NCBI GenBank assembly: GCA_021797915.1
Contig: JAJZYT010000004.1
Coordinates: 14,224 to 78,223 of the forward strand
Length of the DNA: 64,000 bases
DNA from: Thermoplasmata archaeon
GTDB lineage: Archaea > Thermoplasmatota > Thermoplasmata > Thermoplasmatales > GCA-001856825
Reading direction: 5' to 3'
Under the pieces are notes generated by a model. It was not told where the DNA came from. It made no database searches and saw nothing but the letters and a program-made list of their open reading frames with translations. This document shows, in pieces, positions 9,139 to 20,004 of the stretch. Every line of letters begins with the position of its first letter. Position 1 is the stretch's first letter. Both the position numbers and the translations under genes were made by a program.

Positions 9139-11237
9139 TTTATCTTCAGACCTTCTTTAGGCGATCCATCAAGAAAGAGTCGCCCGCTCCGTATCTCCAG
9201 GAACAATGGTTTGTCTTCGTGAAATAGCGCAGGTACGACGTTTGAATCCCTCTTTATGGTCTTGATCGAAAACTTCCTGAACTCTTCAATTGAAATCTCT
9301 GTTGCATTAGTCAATAAATCTCCAATCTTTACCTCTTCTCCCGGTGTAGTTGAATCAGGAGCCAACACCAAATGAATCCCATTCTCGTCTTCAGCAGCAA
9401 GCAACATTCCGTTTGACGTCTGTCCCCTAATCACCGCAGGTTTGAGGTTCGTAACAACTACGATTCTCTTCCCTTTCAACGAATCTTTTGTGTAACTGTT
9501 CTTGATTCCGCTAACAATTCTTCTCTTGCTATCGCCTAGATCCAGGTCTAATAGGTACAATTTCTCTGCGTCTGGAATGTCGCTTACATCTTCAATTCTT
9601 GCGACCTGAAGTCTTAGATTGAGTTCCTTATTGACAATCTTCTCGAACAACCTTTCTGGTTTTTTTGTGAGCTTCGATACCGGGAAATTGAGGTCTTCCT
9701 TCAATTCTACCGGGTCTTCGTATCCTAGCCATGAGAGTATCTTCTTCGCCGTTTCTGGTAGGAATATCTGGCCAGTAACCGCCAGTGCGAAGACTAACTT
9801 CACCCCGGTATAGATTGCCGCATTGCAGTTGGCGTCGTCCTTCTTACAAGCATCCCAAGGTTTCCTGTTCGTGATGTATGTGTTCCCGTAGTAAGCAAGG
9901 TCAAGCCACGTTCTGAAGGCATTTCTTATGTGCACCCCGTCCATTTGCGTGATGATATCTGATATTGAACTTCTGATCCTATTCTCCGCTTCCTGATCAA
10001 GCTCGTTCTGTGCGATCTGGTCAAATGTAATTGGGCCTCGCTTGAATGCTAGCGTCAGCGCCCTATTGACAAGATTACCAAACTTATCTATTAACTCTGT
10101 GTTGACTCTATTTTCAAAATCTTCGACCGAAAAATCAGAATCGTGTTCCTCAGGCAAATTGTAAAGAACTCCAAATCTTATGAATTCAGAGTTGTATTTC
10201 TCTAGCATCTGTAACATCGAAAAACCTGTACCCTTGCTCTTTGAGAACTTCTCACCCTTGAAATTGAGGAACTCATTTGCGGCAATGACATATGGAAGGG
10301 TCATATTCCCGTGAGCCATCAGCATCCCTGGCCAGATTATTGAATGGAAGACAATGTTGTCCTTACCAACGAAATGGTAGTATTTCAGATCGGGATTGTT
10401 CCAGAGGGTATACGCGTCCTCGGGACGCCCTAAAACTGATGCTACTCCTGTCACGTATCCTATTAGAGCCTCAATCCAGACGTAAATTCTCTTGTCCTCA
10501 TAACCTTCAAATGGGACTTCAACTCCCCAGTTCAGATCCCTAGTTATGGGTCTATCCTTCAGGCCATTTGATATGAAGTTCTTAGAGAAACTGAGAACGT
10601 TCTGCCTCCACGACTCTTTAGATTCAATATACTTAAGAAGCTGATCCTGGAAACTGGTCAACTTGAAGAAGAGGTGTTTGGTCTCTCTGAATTCCGGTGT
10701 CGATTGGTCGAATATGCAGATCGGGTCGATCAACTCACTGGGTTCCATGGTTCTCCCACAATTTTCGCACTGGTCACCGGTAGCGGATTCATAACCACAA
10801 TTTGGACACTTTCCTTTCACGTACCTATCCGCAAGGAAAATGTTTTCATGTACGCAGAAGGGCTGAATCATTTCTGCTTCAAAGATGTACCCATTGTCCT
10901 TCAACGTCTTCAGGAATTTTGATGTTATTTCTTTGTGCAGTTTGGAAGAAGTTTCGATGTATGCGTCAAACTCTATGTTCATTTTTCTGAATATTTCTAG
11001 ATTAATCTTATGGAACTTTTCAACGATATCTTGAGGAGGTATTCCTTCCCTTATTGCCCTCACCGTTACAGGAGTGCCATGTTCGTCACTCCCAGAAGAT
11101 GAAATCACATCGTATCCTCTCAGTTTCAGGAATCTCCTAAACACATCATATGGAAGGTAGGCACCAGCAATGTGTCCGAGATGCAGGCTGCTGTTTACAT
11201 AAGGTAGTGCTGCAAAGACAAATACCCTTTCTTTCAC
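9135..11237 (-). CDS. metG: methionine--tRNA ligase with C-terminal tRNA-binding domain
   Basis: ALPYVN..LHLGH, GSDEHGTP, zinc knuckle CPNC..CENC, GKDNIVFH, KFSKS, NLKPA..RG..SNGMLL. Confidence 0.97.
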   Translation of the reverse strand: MKERVFVFAALPYVNSSLHLGHIAGAYLPYDVFRRFLKLRGYDVISSSGSDEHGTPVTVRAIREGIPPQDIVEKFHKINLEIFRKMNIEFDAYIETSSKLHKEITSKFLKTLKDNGYIFEAEMIQPFCVHENIFLADRYVKGKCPNCGYESATGDQCENCGRTMEPSELIDPICIFDQSTPEFRETKHLFFKLTSFQDQLLKYIESKESWRQNVLSFSKNFISNGLKDRPITRDLNWGVEVPFEGYEDKRIYVWIEALIGYVTGVASVLGRPEDAYTLWNNPDLKYYHFVGKDNIVFHSIIWPGMLMAHGNMTLPYVIAANEFLNFKGEKFSKSKGTGFSMLQMLEKYNSEFIRFGVLYNLPEEHDSDFSVEDFENRVNTELIDKFGNLVNRALTLAFKRGPITFDQIAQNELDQEAENRIRSSISDIITQMDGVHIRNAFRTWLDLAYYGNTYITNRKPWDACKKDDANCNAAIYTGVKLVFALAVTGQIFLPETAKKILSWLGYEDPVELKEDLNFPVSKLTKKPERLFEKIVNKELNLRLQVARIEDVSDIPDAEKLYLLDLDLGDSKRRIVSGIKNSYTKDSLKGKRIVVVTNLKPAVIRGQTSNGMLLAAEDENGIHLVLAPDSTTPGEEVKIGDLLTNATEISIEEFRKFSIKTIKRDSNVVPALFHEDKPLFLEIRSGRLFLDGSPKEGLKIK

Positions 11238-11309
11238 GTCGGTTCATAGAAAAATACTATATTAAGAATTAGAGAGCTAAAAAGGAAATTTTGGAAAAAA
11301 AGAAAAAAA

Positions 11310-11690
11310 TTAATGGGTCTTTAGACCCAATTTGCTAACGTTCCTATGGTAGCCAGTTGCATATGCTGCGTACAGATAGCTGATTCCGGCAATTACCGCG
11401 GTGGTAACGGCCAGATAGAGGAACATGTTTGATCCTCCAACCAGTACAACGACTGCATATATCATTGCTAACCCTGCTCCAAGATAGACGAACGGAATCG
11501 CCCGAACGGTCTTGTTCGCAGAGTTGGACAGCAGTAGGTAGGAAGCGAGTGAATACGCCAGTAAGGCAAAGGACGTATACAATACTGCCCGCATTGTTCC
11601 GTGTGCGGCTTGGAATAGATATACTACCAGTAGAATCGAAGCAAGCAATCCAAACAGACCGGAAGCCAGTCTGAACTCTTTCTTCTCCAT
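11310..11690 (-). CDS. hypothetical membrane protein (about 4 TM)
   Basis: Four hydrophobic segments; starts 2 nt after the ftsZ stop; followed by a T-rich tract. Confidence 0.65.
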   Translation of the reverse strand: MEKKEFRLASGLFGLLASILLVVYLFQAAHGTMRAVLYTSFALLAYSLASYLLLSNSANKTVRAIPFVYLGAGLAMIYAVVVLVGGSNMFLYLAVTTAVIAGISYLYAAYATGYHRNVSKLGLKTH

Positions 11691-11692
11691 TT

Positions 11693-12784
11693 CTACATCA
11701 CCGAGTCAATTTCTGCATCCAAACCCTTAGCTCCTTTAAAGCTGACTCCTTTAGAGGCGCTTAGGAAGTAAGGAGAGTTAACACCTGTAAGAACGACAAG
11801 AACCTTGAATTCACCAACCAGAGTTGGATCCACTGACGCTCCCCATACTATTCTCGCCATAGGGTTTACCCTTTCTTGAACCATTCTTACGGCAGTTTCT
11901 GCCTGTGATACAGTCATATCCTCTCCACCAACAATTCTGACCAATGCGCCCTTGGTGGTTGAGATATCTGCTTCAATCAAAGGAGATGTTATAGCCTCTG
12001 TCACTGCCTCTTCAACAGTTGCCTTCCCACCAGTACTTTCTCCAATTCCAATCATGGCGACACCCCCTTCTTTCATCACAGTCTGAATATCTGAATAGTC
12101 TAGATTCACAAGACCTGGTCTTGTAATAATTTCAGTGAGTCCCTTTAGTGCTTCCATGAGTATCTCGTCTGCCACTTTGAAAGCCTGGTCCAAGGGAAGT
12201 CTTGGTACCAGTTCCAACAGTTTATCGTTCGGTATCACAATTGTAGTATCTGAAACTTTCTTGAGTTTCTCTATCCCATATATTGCATTGTCCATCCTAA
12301 CTCTTCCTTCTGCTGAGAATGGTAAAGTAACGATGCTTATTACCAAGGATTTTTGGCGTTTCGCAACCTCAGCGACCACGGGCGCAACTCCCGTACCAGT
12401 TCCTCCACCCATTCCAGACGTTATAAATACTATTTCTGAGTTTCCAAGAGTTGAATTGATGTCGTCAAGGTCTTCTCTAGCTGCCTCCTCTCCGACCTGC
12501 GGAATAGCACCGGCTCCTAGTCCTCTTGTTGTTCTCTTTCCTACTAATATCTTCCTGTTTGCCTGAACAGTGAGCAAATGTGGAGCATCTGTGTTCATAG
12601 CAATTAGATCGGCACCAAAAATACCGGACTTTGAGCAGCGGTTTATTGTGTTTGTTCCCGCTCCGCCACATCCTACAATTTTGATGTTCACCTTCATGGA
12701 TTCTACTAGCTTTGCAAGTTCTTCGTCATCAGGAGAGTTGAAAATCTTCTGATTTTGATTAAAGTAATCGTTTGACATAATCAT
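11693..12784 (-). CDS. ftsZ: cell division protein FtsZ (FtsZ1-like)
   Basis: GCGGAGTN, GMGGGTGTG tubulin signature, PFSAEG, NLDYSD. Confidence 0.97.
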   Translation of the reverse strand: MIMSNDYFNQNQKIFNSPDDEELAKLVESMKVNIKIVGCGGAGTNTINRCSKSGIFGADLIAMNTDAPHLLTVQANRKILVGKRTTRGLGAGAIPQVGEEAAREDLDDINSTLGNSEIVFITSGMGGGTGTGVAPVVAEVAKRQKSLVISIVTLPFSAEGRVRMDNAIYGIEKLKKVSDTTIVIPNDKLLELVPRLPLDQAFKVADEILMEALKGLTEIITRPGLVNLDYSDIQTVMKEGGVAMIGIGESTGGKATVEEAVTEAITSPLIEADISTTKGALVRIVGGEDMTVSQAETAVRMVQERVNPMARIVWGASVDPTLVGEFKVLVVLTGVNSPYFLSASKGVSFKGAKGLDAEIDSVM

Positions 12785-12831
12785 ACGTATGTCTGACGAC
12801 GTATTTATAGTTTTCTTAATTAGTCCCGAAT

Positions 12832-13599
12832 TTACCGCTTTTCTAGGTCGTCAGACCCATAGAATAATTTTTGAAGAAATGAGTATATGTCCTCCAATCC
12901 ATCTTCGGATTCAGACGAGGAGAATACGCTCTCTCCAAGTATGTTAAGACTCTGACTGCTTTCTAGGATAGCCTCTGAGAGTTGAACATCCACTGTGGCT
13001 TTCTCTTCCCGGAGATCGCTCAAAAGCTCACCTTTCTTCCTATCCCATTTCAAAATTCTTTCCTTCTCTTTCGGTTCCAAAGTGTCTGATTTTGACACAA
13101 TTCCAAGGAACGGTATGTAGAATCTTGTCACGACTCCCATTGCGAGAAACTGAGAAGAAACGTAAGAATCAGGATGCTTCATCAGGACTGAATCGAAGAG
13201 GTAGAGCATTGCGCTGTAGTCAGCTCCAAGCGTGGAAACAAGATGAGTAGATGGCCCTCTGAATGCAAATAGTTCAAGCTGTCCAGGTGTGTCTATCAAC
13301 ACATAATCAGAATCGTACGAGTCTATGAGCTCCTTAACCCGATCTGCTTCCTGAGCCACAAGGTCTGCGGCAACTATTTGGGCTCCGTTTGGTCCCAAAT
13401 TGTAGTTTTGCATCACACTCTCCAGGGACACGTTTTCCCTAATATCTATGTCAGGAGTGTAGGGAAGAAATTCAGCACCCGCATCCAGGTTAACCGTAAT
13501 TGCATCGTAGCTCTTGTTTTCCAACCACCCTTTGAACGAATTGACTAGGGTAGACTTACCAGATCCAGCAGTTCCTACAAAATAGACTCTAGGTATCAT
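12832..13599 (-). CDS. GPN-loop GTPase
   Basis: GTAGSGKST, LGPNGA, DTPGQLELF. Confidence 0.92.
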   Translation of the reverse strand: MIPRVYFVGTAGSGKSTLVNSFKGWLENKSYDAITVNLDAGAEFLPYTPDIDIRENVSLESVMQNYNLGPNGAQIVAADLVAQEADRVKELIDSYDSDYVLIDTPGQLELFAFRGPSTHLVSTLGADYSAMLYLFDSVLMKHPDSYVSSQFLAMGVVTRFYIPFLGIVSKSDTLEPKEKERILKWDRKKGELLSDLREEKATVDVQLSEAILESSQSLNILGESVFSSSESEDGLEDIYSFLQKLFYGSDDLEKR

Positions 13600-16500
13600 C
13601 GAAATCCTCCAGCGTTTTGAAGTTATTGTCTCTTGCCTCGAAAATTGAATTCACGGAATCTCTCATGATTCTGATGCGTTGCTTTACGTAGTTACTTACT
13701 TCGTATTGGGTCGTGATATTGAAACTAGTGTCGAGATACTTCGTGATGTTTCCCCTGTGCACAGTCCCTATCAAGTTGGTGCCGCACTTCCTGCACTTCC
13801 CAGTTAAAGGCAACCTTCTATAAATGTGATTGCAGCTCGTACACCTGAAGGTCTGTGAGCCAAATTTGTTGAGATTTCCCATGATGTCTGGAATGAAGTG
13901 AGATTTGAGAATCCTCTCTGCCATATCCGATGCGTCCACTGCCCTTAACTTTCTGGCCAGCTCCAGAGTCATATCAAGCTTCTGCTCCATGCTTGGAATA
14001 TTCTTATAGCTTGAATTCAACGTCCCAAGGTTAATAGAGGAGGTGTCATCGGAAAATTCACACTTTGGAAACATCTCTCCACTCTTCACTTTCATTCCCG
14101 CAGTAACCACATACTTCATTATTTCCGATGGATCTGGAAATTTCATGGTGAGTTCTAGTAACTCGGAGGGGTATTCACCGGTAATATCGAGATTCAAAGC
14201 TTCCTTATCAATCTCCGTTGGGTTTATTCTAAGTGATAGAACCAGAGGAGCATCCATAAGGCTCCCTCGAGAGTTGGGTAGGTAATCAAGCGAGAAATTC
14301 AGCAGCCCGTCCAAAAGCAGCATGATTGAATCTTCATCTCCATCACAGTTCCTCCTCTTGGCTGCATGGAAAAAAGGATGCGCATAACACACATCCCCTT
14401 CGGTATACCCAATTATTCGCCCCAATATGCCTCCCGATGTGTGAGGGGCAAGACCTATGACCAGTGCTCCTATCAGGTCACTTTCCGTATTGACTTTGTA
14501 AAATGGATCTAGGCGATAGAATTTCTGCAGGAGATCGTCCAAGAAATTTGAAACCTTGAGCAAATAGTTTCCAGCTTTGACGCTAGGAACAATGTCTTGA
14601 GGGAATAGCTCTATGGTCTGGGAAGAATCAACCAGATCCCTCCCCTTGTAGTCTTTTTCATAGCCAAGTTTTCTTGCCTTTTCAGGGGATAATCCGATCT
14701 CTTCCAGGACAGCGTGCGTTAAAGGAACATCAGACATATCGAATCTACAGGTTCCGTCCTTGAACGGATATACCGATCTGATGGCTCTTAGAATTCCCTT
14801 CTCTAAGGGTTCAGGTGTCTTGTGAGATGAAGTGAGTCCCCTGACTCCGTTCACCTTCTTCGGAATCGTCACGCCTAGAGACTCCCCTTTGCTCTTCAGC
14901 GTTTCCGAAATATTTACGTCGAATTCTCGTGTCTTGTCTGTAGGGGTGGTGTGTGACCCACAGGTCTCGCAAATATTTATGAAGGATACGTTGCCGCACC
15001 CAGGACACTGTCTAATCTGCATTTCTGTACCTGACAGTGCATCATATTGGTTCAAATCTCTCCGATTCTTCTGCACATTTCCTATTGGGAATAGAACGTG
15101 AACTGGCGGGTTCATTTTTCTTTCCTCAGCCTTTTCGGGTCGTCCCATTCTTGCCCCAATTCGCGTAATCCCCTTGGGATATACCTGAAATCCTGCAAGA
15201 TCATTTATTGCCTTCATTGCGTCTTTTCCGATTATTTTCCGATTTGCAATTATCTTGTTATCCCTCACCTGCATCCCTAGGGGAACAATCAGGCTCCTGT
15301 AATTCTTGATCCTGATCTTGTCAGTTAATTCGAACTCACAAAGAAGATCTGTTAAGAATCTCTTGCTGAAGTCAGTCGAAGGCATTTCAAGTTTATCGTC
15401 TTTAATAACCGAATCGTTTTCGACAATCTCGATGAAGAGTTGGATGTCTTCAACATTAACATCGTGCCAAAGATATGTATAGGCAGGATGTAGAGGAATT
15501 TTATGGGAGACAGATGCCTCAACTGCACCCTTTTCATCCGTAATCTCGGGTAAGAATAGATACTTTTTTTGGCATATCTGTTTCCACCAAGACTCAGTGA
15601 ATGCACCTGGGAACAGTACTTTGTTATTTTCTATGAATTCTCCAAACGAGATCATCATCTCTCCAAGGTCTACAATTTCTGAAATCTTGTCTCGATTGGA
15701 TTCAAAAGTCTCCACATCTTTGAGGTAGACCAGACTTCCAGACTCTAGTAAGACTGTCGGTCCCTCAAGGTTAGAATTTGCAACCACAGCTCCCGCTTTT
15801 CCGGGCCTTTCCATTTTTATCTGAGTTCCCAGTGCAATGAAATCGTCTAGAACTTTCATTGTAACGGGATTAATTGCGACAGCCGCCAGCCCAGTATTCC
15901 TCGATCGCCCATAACGCAGCCTGAATCCTCCTTTCCTAGATGGATAGGATAGCGCAGGTCTCCCAGCCAACATTTCTTTCAGGTAATTTGAGTTTGGATA
16001 GAGATTCTTTACTTCCTTCTTCTCCGATGAAAATGACCAGCCCTCTAGAGCAAAAGTGCTGACATATTTCTTAAGTTTTGGACCTTTCAGTATGAGTCCC
16101 TCTGCAATCACAAGGGCCATACCCCCTCTTAACCGGTTAGTCTCGATGTCTGGTAGATTTCTGTGGCCAGTTATTTCGGCTTCTTCTGTGCCTTCTCCAG
16201 TTATGCAAACCGGAGAACCCTCAACCGCGGTTACTATTTCCTCATTGGTTGGAATATATTGGAGGTGTTGCACTCTTGCGTATAGCGGGATCTCCTCCTT
16301 GCTCCTCTCCACTTCTTCTTGAGTTGCTACATACTTTCCGATCCCAAATTTTCTCCTCAGCAGATCTCCTACAAAGACGCTGAGTGCTTGCGCGGTGCCA
16401 CCAGCACTCCTAATCGGTCCGGAATAGTAAATTGCAAGGTAGGTACCTCCGTCCCTGTGTTTGATCTTGACCCCAGTTATGCCCTCAAGAGGAGCTACCA

Positions 16501-16837
16501 ATATGCCCTCGGTGAGTATCGCAAGGGCAACTCTGATCCCTTTCTCGATTTTCACTTCATCAGGCCCATCGAACTTTTCTGACACAGAAAGTGCAGCCTC
16601 AATAGCAACTCTCTCTCTGTCAAACTTCTTGGACAGGGCTTTAATCGTATCCGAAGCCTCAATTCCAGTCAATGCCTGAACTCTCCCTGCGAGATCCTCT
16701 GCCTGCGGAATCTCGACATTGGTTTCGCAATCTTTTCCCTGTGCCCTTGCCTTTTTGGCAATATCGTACTGAAGGCTCGATTCATTCTTTAGTGTTAGAA
16801 AATATTTTTCGAGCTCTTCAGACATTAGTGAACCCAT
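13589..16837 (-). CDS. polC: DNA polymerase D large subunit DP2 (no intein)
   Basis: GPIRSAGGTAQAL, GGFRLRYGR, HAAKRRNCDGDED catalytic motif, C-terminal zinc finger. Confidence 0.98.
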   Translation of the reverse strand: MGSLMSEELEKYFLTLKNESSLQYDIAKKARAQGKDCETNVEIPQAEDLAGRVQALTGIEASDTIKALSKKFDRERVAIEAALSVSEKFDGPDEVKIEKGIRVALAILTEGILVAPLEGITGVKIKHRDGGTYLAIYYSGPIRSAGGTAQALSVFVGDLLRRKFGIGKYVATQEEVERSKEEIPLYARVQHLQYIPTNEEIVTAVEGSPVCITGEGTEEAEITGHRNLPDIETNRLRGGMALVIAEGLILKGPKLKKYVSTFALEGWSFSSEKKEVKNLYPNSNYLKEMLAGRPALSYPSRKGGFRLRYGRSRNTGLAAVAINPVTMKVLDDFIALGTQIKMERPGKAGAVVANSNLEGPTVLLESGSLVYLKDVETFESNRDKISEIVDLGEMMISFGEFIENNKVLFPGAFTESWWKQICQKKYLFLPEITDEKGAVEASVSHKIPLHPAYTYLWHDVNVEDIQLFIEIVENDSVIKDDKLEMPSTDFSKRFLTDLLCEFELTDKIRIKNYRSLIVPLGMQVRDNKIIANRKIIGKDAMKAINDLAGFQVYPKGITRIGARMGRPEKAEERKMNPPVHVLFPIGNVQKNRRDLNQYDALSGTEMQIRQCPGCGNVSFINICETCGSHTTPTDKTREFDVNISETLKSKGESLGVTIPKKVNGVRGLTSSHKTPEPLEKGILRAIRSVYPFKDGTCRFDMSDVPLTHAVLEEIGLSPEKARKLGYEKDYKGRDLVDSSQTIELFPQDIVPSVKAGNYLLKVSNFLDDLLQKFYRLDPFYKVNTESDLIGALVIGLAPHTSGGILGRIIGYTEGDVCYAHPFFHAAKRRNCDGDEDSIMLLLDGLLNFSLDYLPNSRGSLMDAPLVLSLRINPTEIDKEALNLDITGEYPSELLELTMKFPDPSEIMKYVVTAGMKVKSGEMFPKCEFSDDTSSINLGTLNSSYKNIPSMEQKLDMTLELARKLRAVDASDMAERILKSHFIPDIMGNLNKFGSQTFRCTSCNHIYRRLPLTGKCRKCGTNLIGTVHRGNITKYLDTSFNITTQYEVSNYVKQRIRIMRDSVNSIFEARDNNFKTLEDFDDT

Positions 16838-16858
16838 TTGATATTAGAATAAATATTT

Positions 16859-17473
16859 TCAATACTCAAACAGATCAGTTGTAATTGACTTGACAGTTTT
16901 CCAAGACCTTCGTACGTGCGGAGGAAGTTTTCTGTTTCTTCTAAAGTAGTCCTTCAGGAATGATATGGTTCGTTCATCCGACGGATATCCCGATCCAAAG
17001 TCGCCTATATCATTCTTTATTTTGAGAATCTCTTTTTCTCTCGTGACTTTTGCTATAATGGATGCCGCAGAGACAAGGGGATAATTGACATCTGCTTTGT
17101 GCTTTGAAACTATCCTGGGATTACCACTTAATTCAGTCATCAATTTTGAAAATCTCTCCTCATTTACGTCCGGACAGTCTATAATGTATTCATTTTCTGG
17201 TTCAATCATTGTGGCAATCGTCTTAGCCTCCAATAGATTGAGTTCATTTTTGTATGTGGACTCATCTATTTGTTCTTCTTTGACTACCATGAATTTTACG
17301 GAAACAGCCAGACTCATGATTCTTTCAAACATCTTCTCTCTAGTTTCTTCAGAGAGGGCCTTCGAATCCTTGACTCCAATGTGTTTGATAATCTCTGGAT
17401 CTCCACATACCACCGCAACAACCATAGGGCCTATTACGGGTCCGCGTCCGGCCTCGTCACAACCACAGAGCAT
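16859..17473 (-). CDS. rnhB: ribonuclease HII
   Basis: GCDEAGRGPVIGP, KDSK, SAASIIAKV, GSGYPSD; start moved to ATG 17473. Confidence 0.95.
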   Translation of the reverse strand: MLCGCDEAGRGPVIGPMVVAVVCGDPEIIKHIGVKDSKALSEETREKMFERIMSLAVSVKFMVVKEEQIDESTYKNELNLLEAKTIATMIEPENEYIIDCPDVNEERFSKLMTELSGNPRIVSKHKADVNYPLVSAASIIAKVTREKEILKIKNDIGDFGSGYPSDERTISFLKDYFRRNRKLPPHVRRSWKTVKSITTDLFEY

Positions 17474-17549
17474 TTCAGTTGGGATACGACTTTCACCTAT
17501 TATAGAAATTCTATCTACAATCAAAGTAAAATCTGTTCACTAAGACAAT

Positions 17550-18488
17550 TCATGACAATGGAATAGAATTTTCAAGCGAAATGCTGTCTGATTCTGAGAG
17601 GATATCGTCGGTAACAATGTTGAATCTGCCGAATTCTGTCTCGACCAGGTAGTTGTTCTTCAGACCATGTTCAAAGAAAATTATCGTTGACTTGACCTGA
17701 CCACCTATCTTGATTTTTGAGGGATGAATTGCGTAACTCCTGCCATCTTTCGTGTACAGATTGTATCCAAGGATCTTGGCTATCTCTACTGATCTTGGTC
17801 TGTTGAGTATCTCCTCTTTACGACCATCATCAAGTATTGACCCTTGACTCAGTACCGCAATAGAGTCGGCCAGTATTTCTGCGTCTGCGAGGTCGTGGGT
17901 GACATAAATGATAGAAACGCCGAACTTTTCGTGAACGTTCTTGATATACCATCTCATCGAATTTCTCAGAAACGAATCCAAGGAGGAAAGCGGTTCATCC
18001 ATCAGTAGCAAGTCTGGCCCCGTTATCAACGTTCGAGCGAGCGAGACCAATTGTTTCTCTCCTCCGCTGAGTTGAGCCGGATACTTACGAAGATGTTCTT
18101 CTAAGGAGAGAGTCTTGCTGATTTCTATAACTTTTCTGTTGATTTCGTGAACGTCTTTCATTCTCAGTCTGAGTCCATAAGCAATATTTTCGGCAACAGT
18201 CATTGAATAGAACAACCCTAGATCTTGGAAAACAAATCCAATGTTTCTCTTGTTTGTGTTCAGGGTAGTGATGTCCCTTCCATCCTTAACTATTGAACCG
18301 CTGTCGGGTGGTATTATACCAGCGATTAGGTTCAGAATGCTAGTCTTGCCACTCCCAGACGCACCCAGTATGACTTTGATCTCCTTGTCCTTTAGTGTAA
18401 AGCTGACGTTGTCGAGAATGACCTCCTTCCCAATTTTCAAGGAGATATCTTCCACCCTAAGTTTGTCCAAGAGCACCACTCTTCCCAA
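17550..18488 (-). CDS. thiQ: thiamine ABC transporter ATP-binding subunit
   Basis: GASGSGKT, LSGGEKQ, LLMDEP, YVTHD; third gene of the operon; start uncertain. Confidence 0.8.
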   Translation of the reverse strand: MGRVVLLDKLRVEDISLKIGKEVILDNVSFTLKDKEIKVILGASGSGKTSILNLIAGIIPPDSGSIVKDGRDITTLNTNKRNIGFVFQDLGLFYSMTVAENIAYGLRLRMKDVHEINRKVIEISKTLSLEEHLRKYPAQLSGGEKQLVSLARTLITGPDLLLMDEPLSSLDSFLRNSMRWYIKNVHEKFGVSIIYVTHDLADAEILADSIAVLSQGSILDDGRKEEILNRPRSVEIAKILGYNLYTKDGRSYAIHPSKIKIGGQVKSTIIFFEHGLKNNYLVETEFGRFNIVTDDILSESDSISLENSIPLS

Positions 18489-20004
18489 ACTGGTTGATGA
18501 TGAAAGAGGACATAAATATTACAATAAGGAATATTTCTGTTAGGAAATACGTATCCTTGAAATCCCTGAGGAGCAGAAGTTTGTAGATCCCAATCGTTAT
18601 TGTCTCCGTTGAGGGAGTGTAAACAGTCACTATCGAGGAAAATTCGCCCATAACTGTTATGAACATAAGGGAAAGTACTGTTGAAATTTCCCACCTTATT
18701 CTAGGGAGTTGAACCTTAAAGAAGGCAGCTATTGCAGAATCCCCAAGCAGTCTTGAAGAATAGGTCTCAGATGGAGAAATGGTCTCTATAGCCTGTCCCA
18801 TCATTCTTAGATTCAAGGGAACAACAATAACTGTGAAAATCAAAGTGATCAAGGCAGCTGTAATCAAGTATTCTCCGTATACGAGGTAGTATGAAAGTGC
18901 GAGAGTCACGGGAGAAAATATCAGGGGCAACAGTACAAAAAATTGATTCCTTACCGACAACCTATATGTGGTCAGAAATATCGATATCAGGAATGCAAAG
19001 AATGTACTAACAAACGCGAACAAAATAGTATTTGTCAAAAGGGTCGAAATGGGAAGCTGCAGTCTCTTGGCAAGCTCTAATGCATTAAGATCCCAGATAG
19101 GATATCTAAAAAACATTTCAAAGAGAGGCAGCATGATGAATACAATGAAAGCCACGATACCCACAAGCGCTACATTGTTGTAACGTCTCAATGGCGGGGG
19201 GAGAGTGGAATCATTCCTCTGAGCATTCGATCTGATCGAAAGATATGCGTAAAGCGGAGCTACTAATATCAGAATCTGCAGCAACCCCAGGAAAGAAGCA
19301 GTGGAGAATGGAAAACGGGCGAAGGTTGGAAAAACGTCCTTGAACTCATAGATCATGACCTCCATTGTCGAGAATGATGGACCTCCTATTATCAATGGAA
19401 GACTGAATCCCTCAAACGAAAGTATAAACGTAAAAATTCCACCGAGTAAGCCACCCCGAAGAGTGTTGGGAAGATAAAATCTTTTTACAATCTGAGCGTC
19501 GCTAGCCCCAAGGGTCCGGGCCGAGTATACCTCCCTTATGCTGGTTGAGTAACCGGTTGAAAATGCCAGAACAGCTATCATGGGGGCATTATAAATGACG
19601 TTGCCATAGATTATCTCCCAAAACCTGGAAGAGAATCCAAAGAGGGATATGATCCCAAGTGACATTATGATACCCGGCAGAACATAGGTCACCAAGAGAA
19701 GCGAGATCAACGTACTTTTCATTCTACCGCTGTAGATTATGAGTAGAGTGCCAAAGACGAGACCCATCGATAGAGATATTGCAGTTGAGACCGTAGCCTG
19801 AACTACGGATTGCTTAACTGATGCAAGGAGTACCTGCACGAACACTCTTGAAAATGAAACGTGAAAGGAGTAATAAATCAAAAAGAAGAGAGGAATCAGG
19901 GCTACTACTATGACGTAACCGCCAACATACACGAGCGAAATTGATCGACTAACCTTCGATCGAATTCCACTCAAGGGTCCAGGCTCCAATATTGTCTGAT
20001 GCAC
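18457..20004 (-). CDS. thiP: thiamine ABC transporter permease (duplicated domain)
   Basis: About 12 TM with two EAA-like loops (SARTLGAS, SSRLLGDS); true start may be slightly downstream. Confidence 0.8.
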   Translation of the reverse strand: MHQTILEPGPLSGIRSKVSRSISLVYVGGYVIVVALIPLFFLIYYSFHVSFSRVFVQVLLASVKQSVVQATVSTAISLSMGLVFGTLLIIYSGRMKSTLISLLLVTYVLPGIIMSLGIISLFGFSSRFWEIIYGNVIYNAPMIAVLAFSTGYSTSIREVYSARTLGASDAQIVKRFYLPNTLRGGLLGGIFTFILSFEGFSLPLIIGGPSFSTMEVMIYEFKDVFPTFARFPFSTASFLGLLQILILVAPLYAYLSIRSNAQRNDSTLPPPLRRYNNVALVGIVAFIVFIMLPLFEMFFRYPIWDLNALELAKRLQLPISTLLTNTILFAFVSTFFAFLISIFLTTYRLSVRNQFFVLLPLIFSPVTLALSYYLVYGEYLITAALITLIFTVIVVPLNLRMMGQAIETISPSETYSSRLLGDSAIAAFFKVQLPRIRWEISTVLSLMFITVMGEFSSIVTVYTPSTETITIGIYKLLLLRDFKDTYFLTEIFLIVIFMSSFIINQFGKSGALGQT

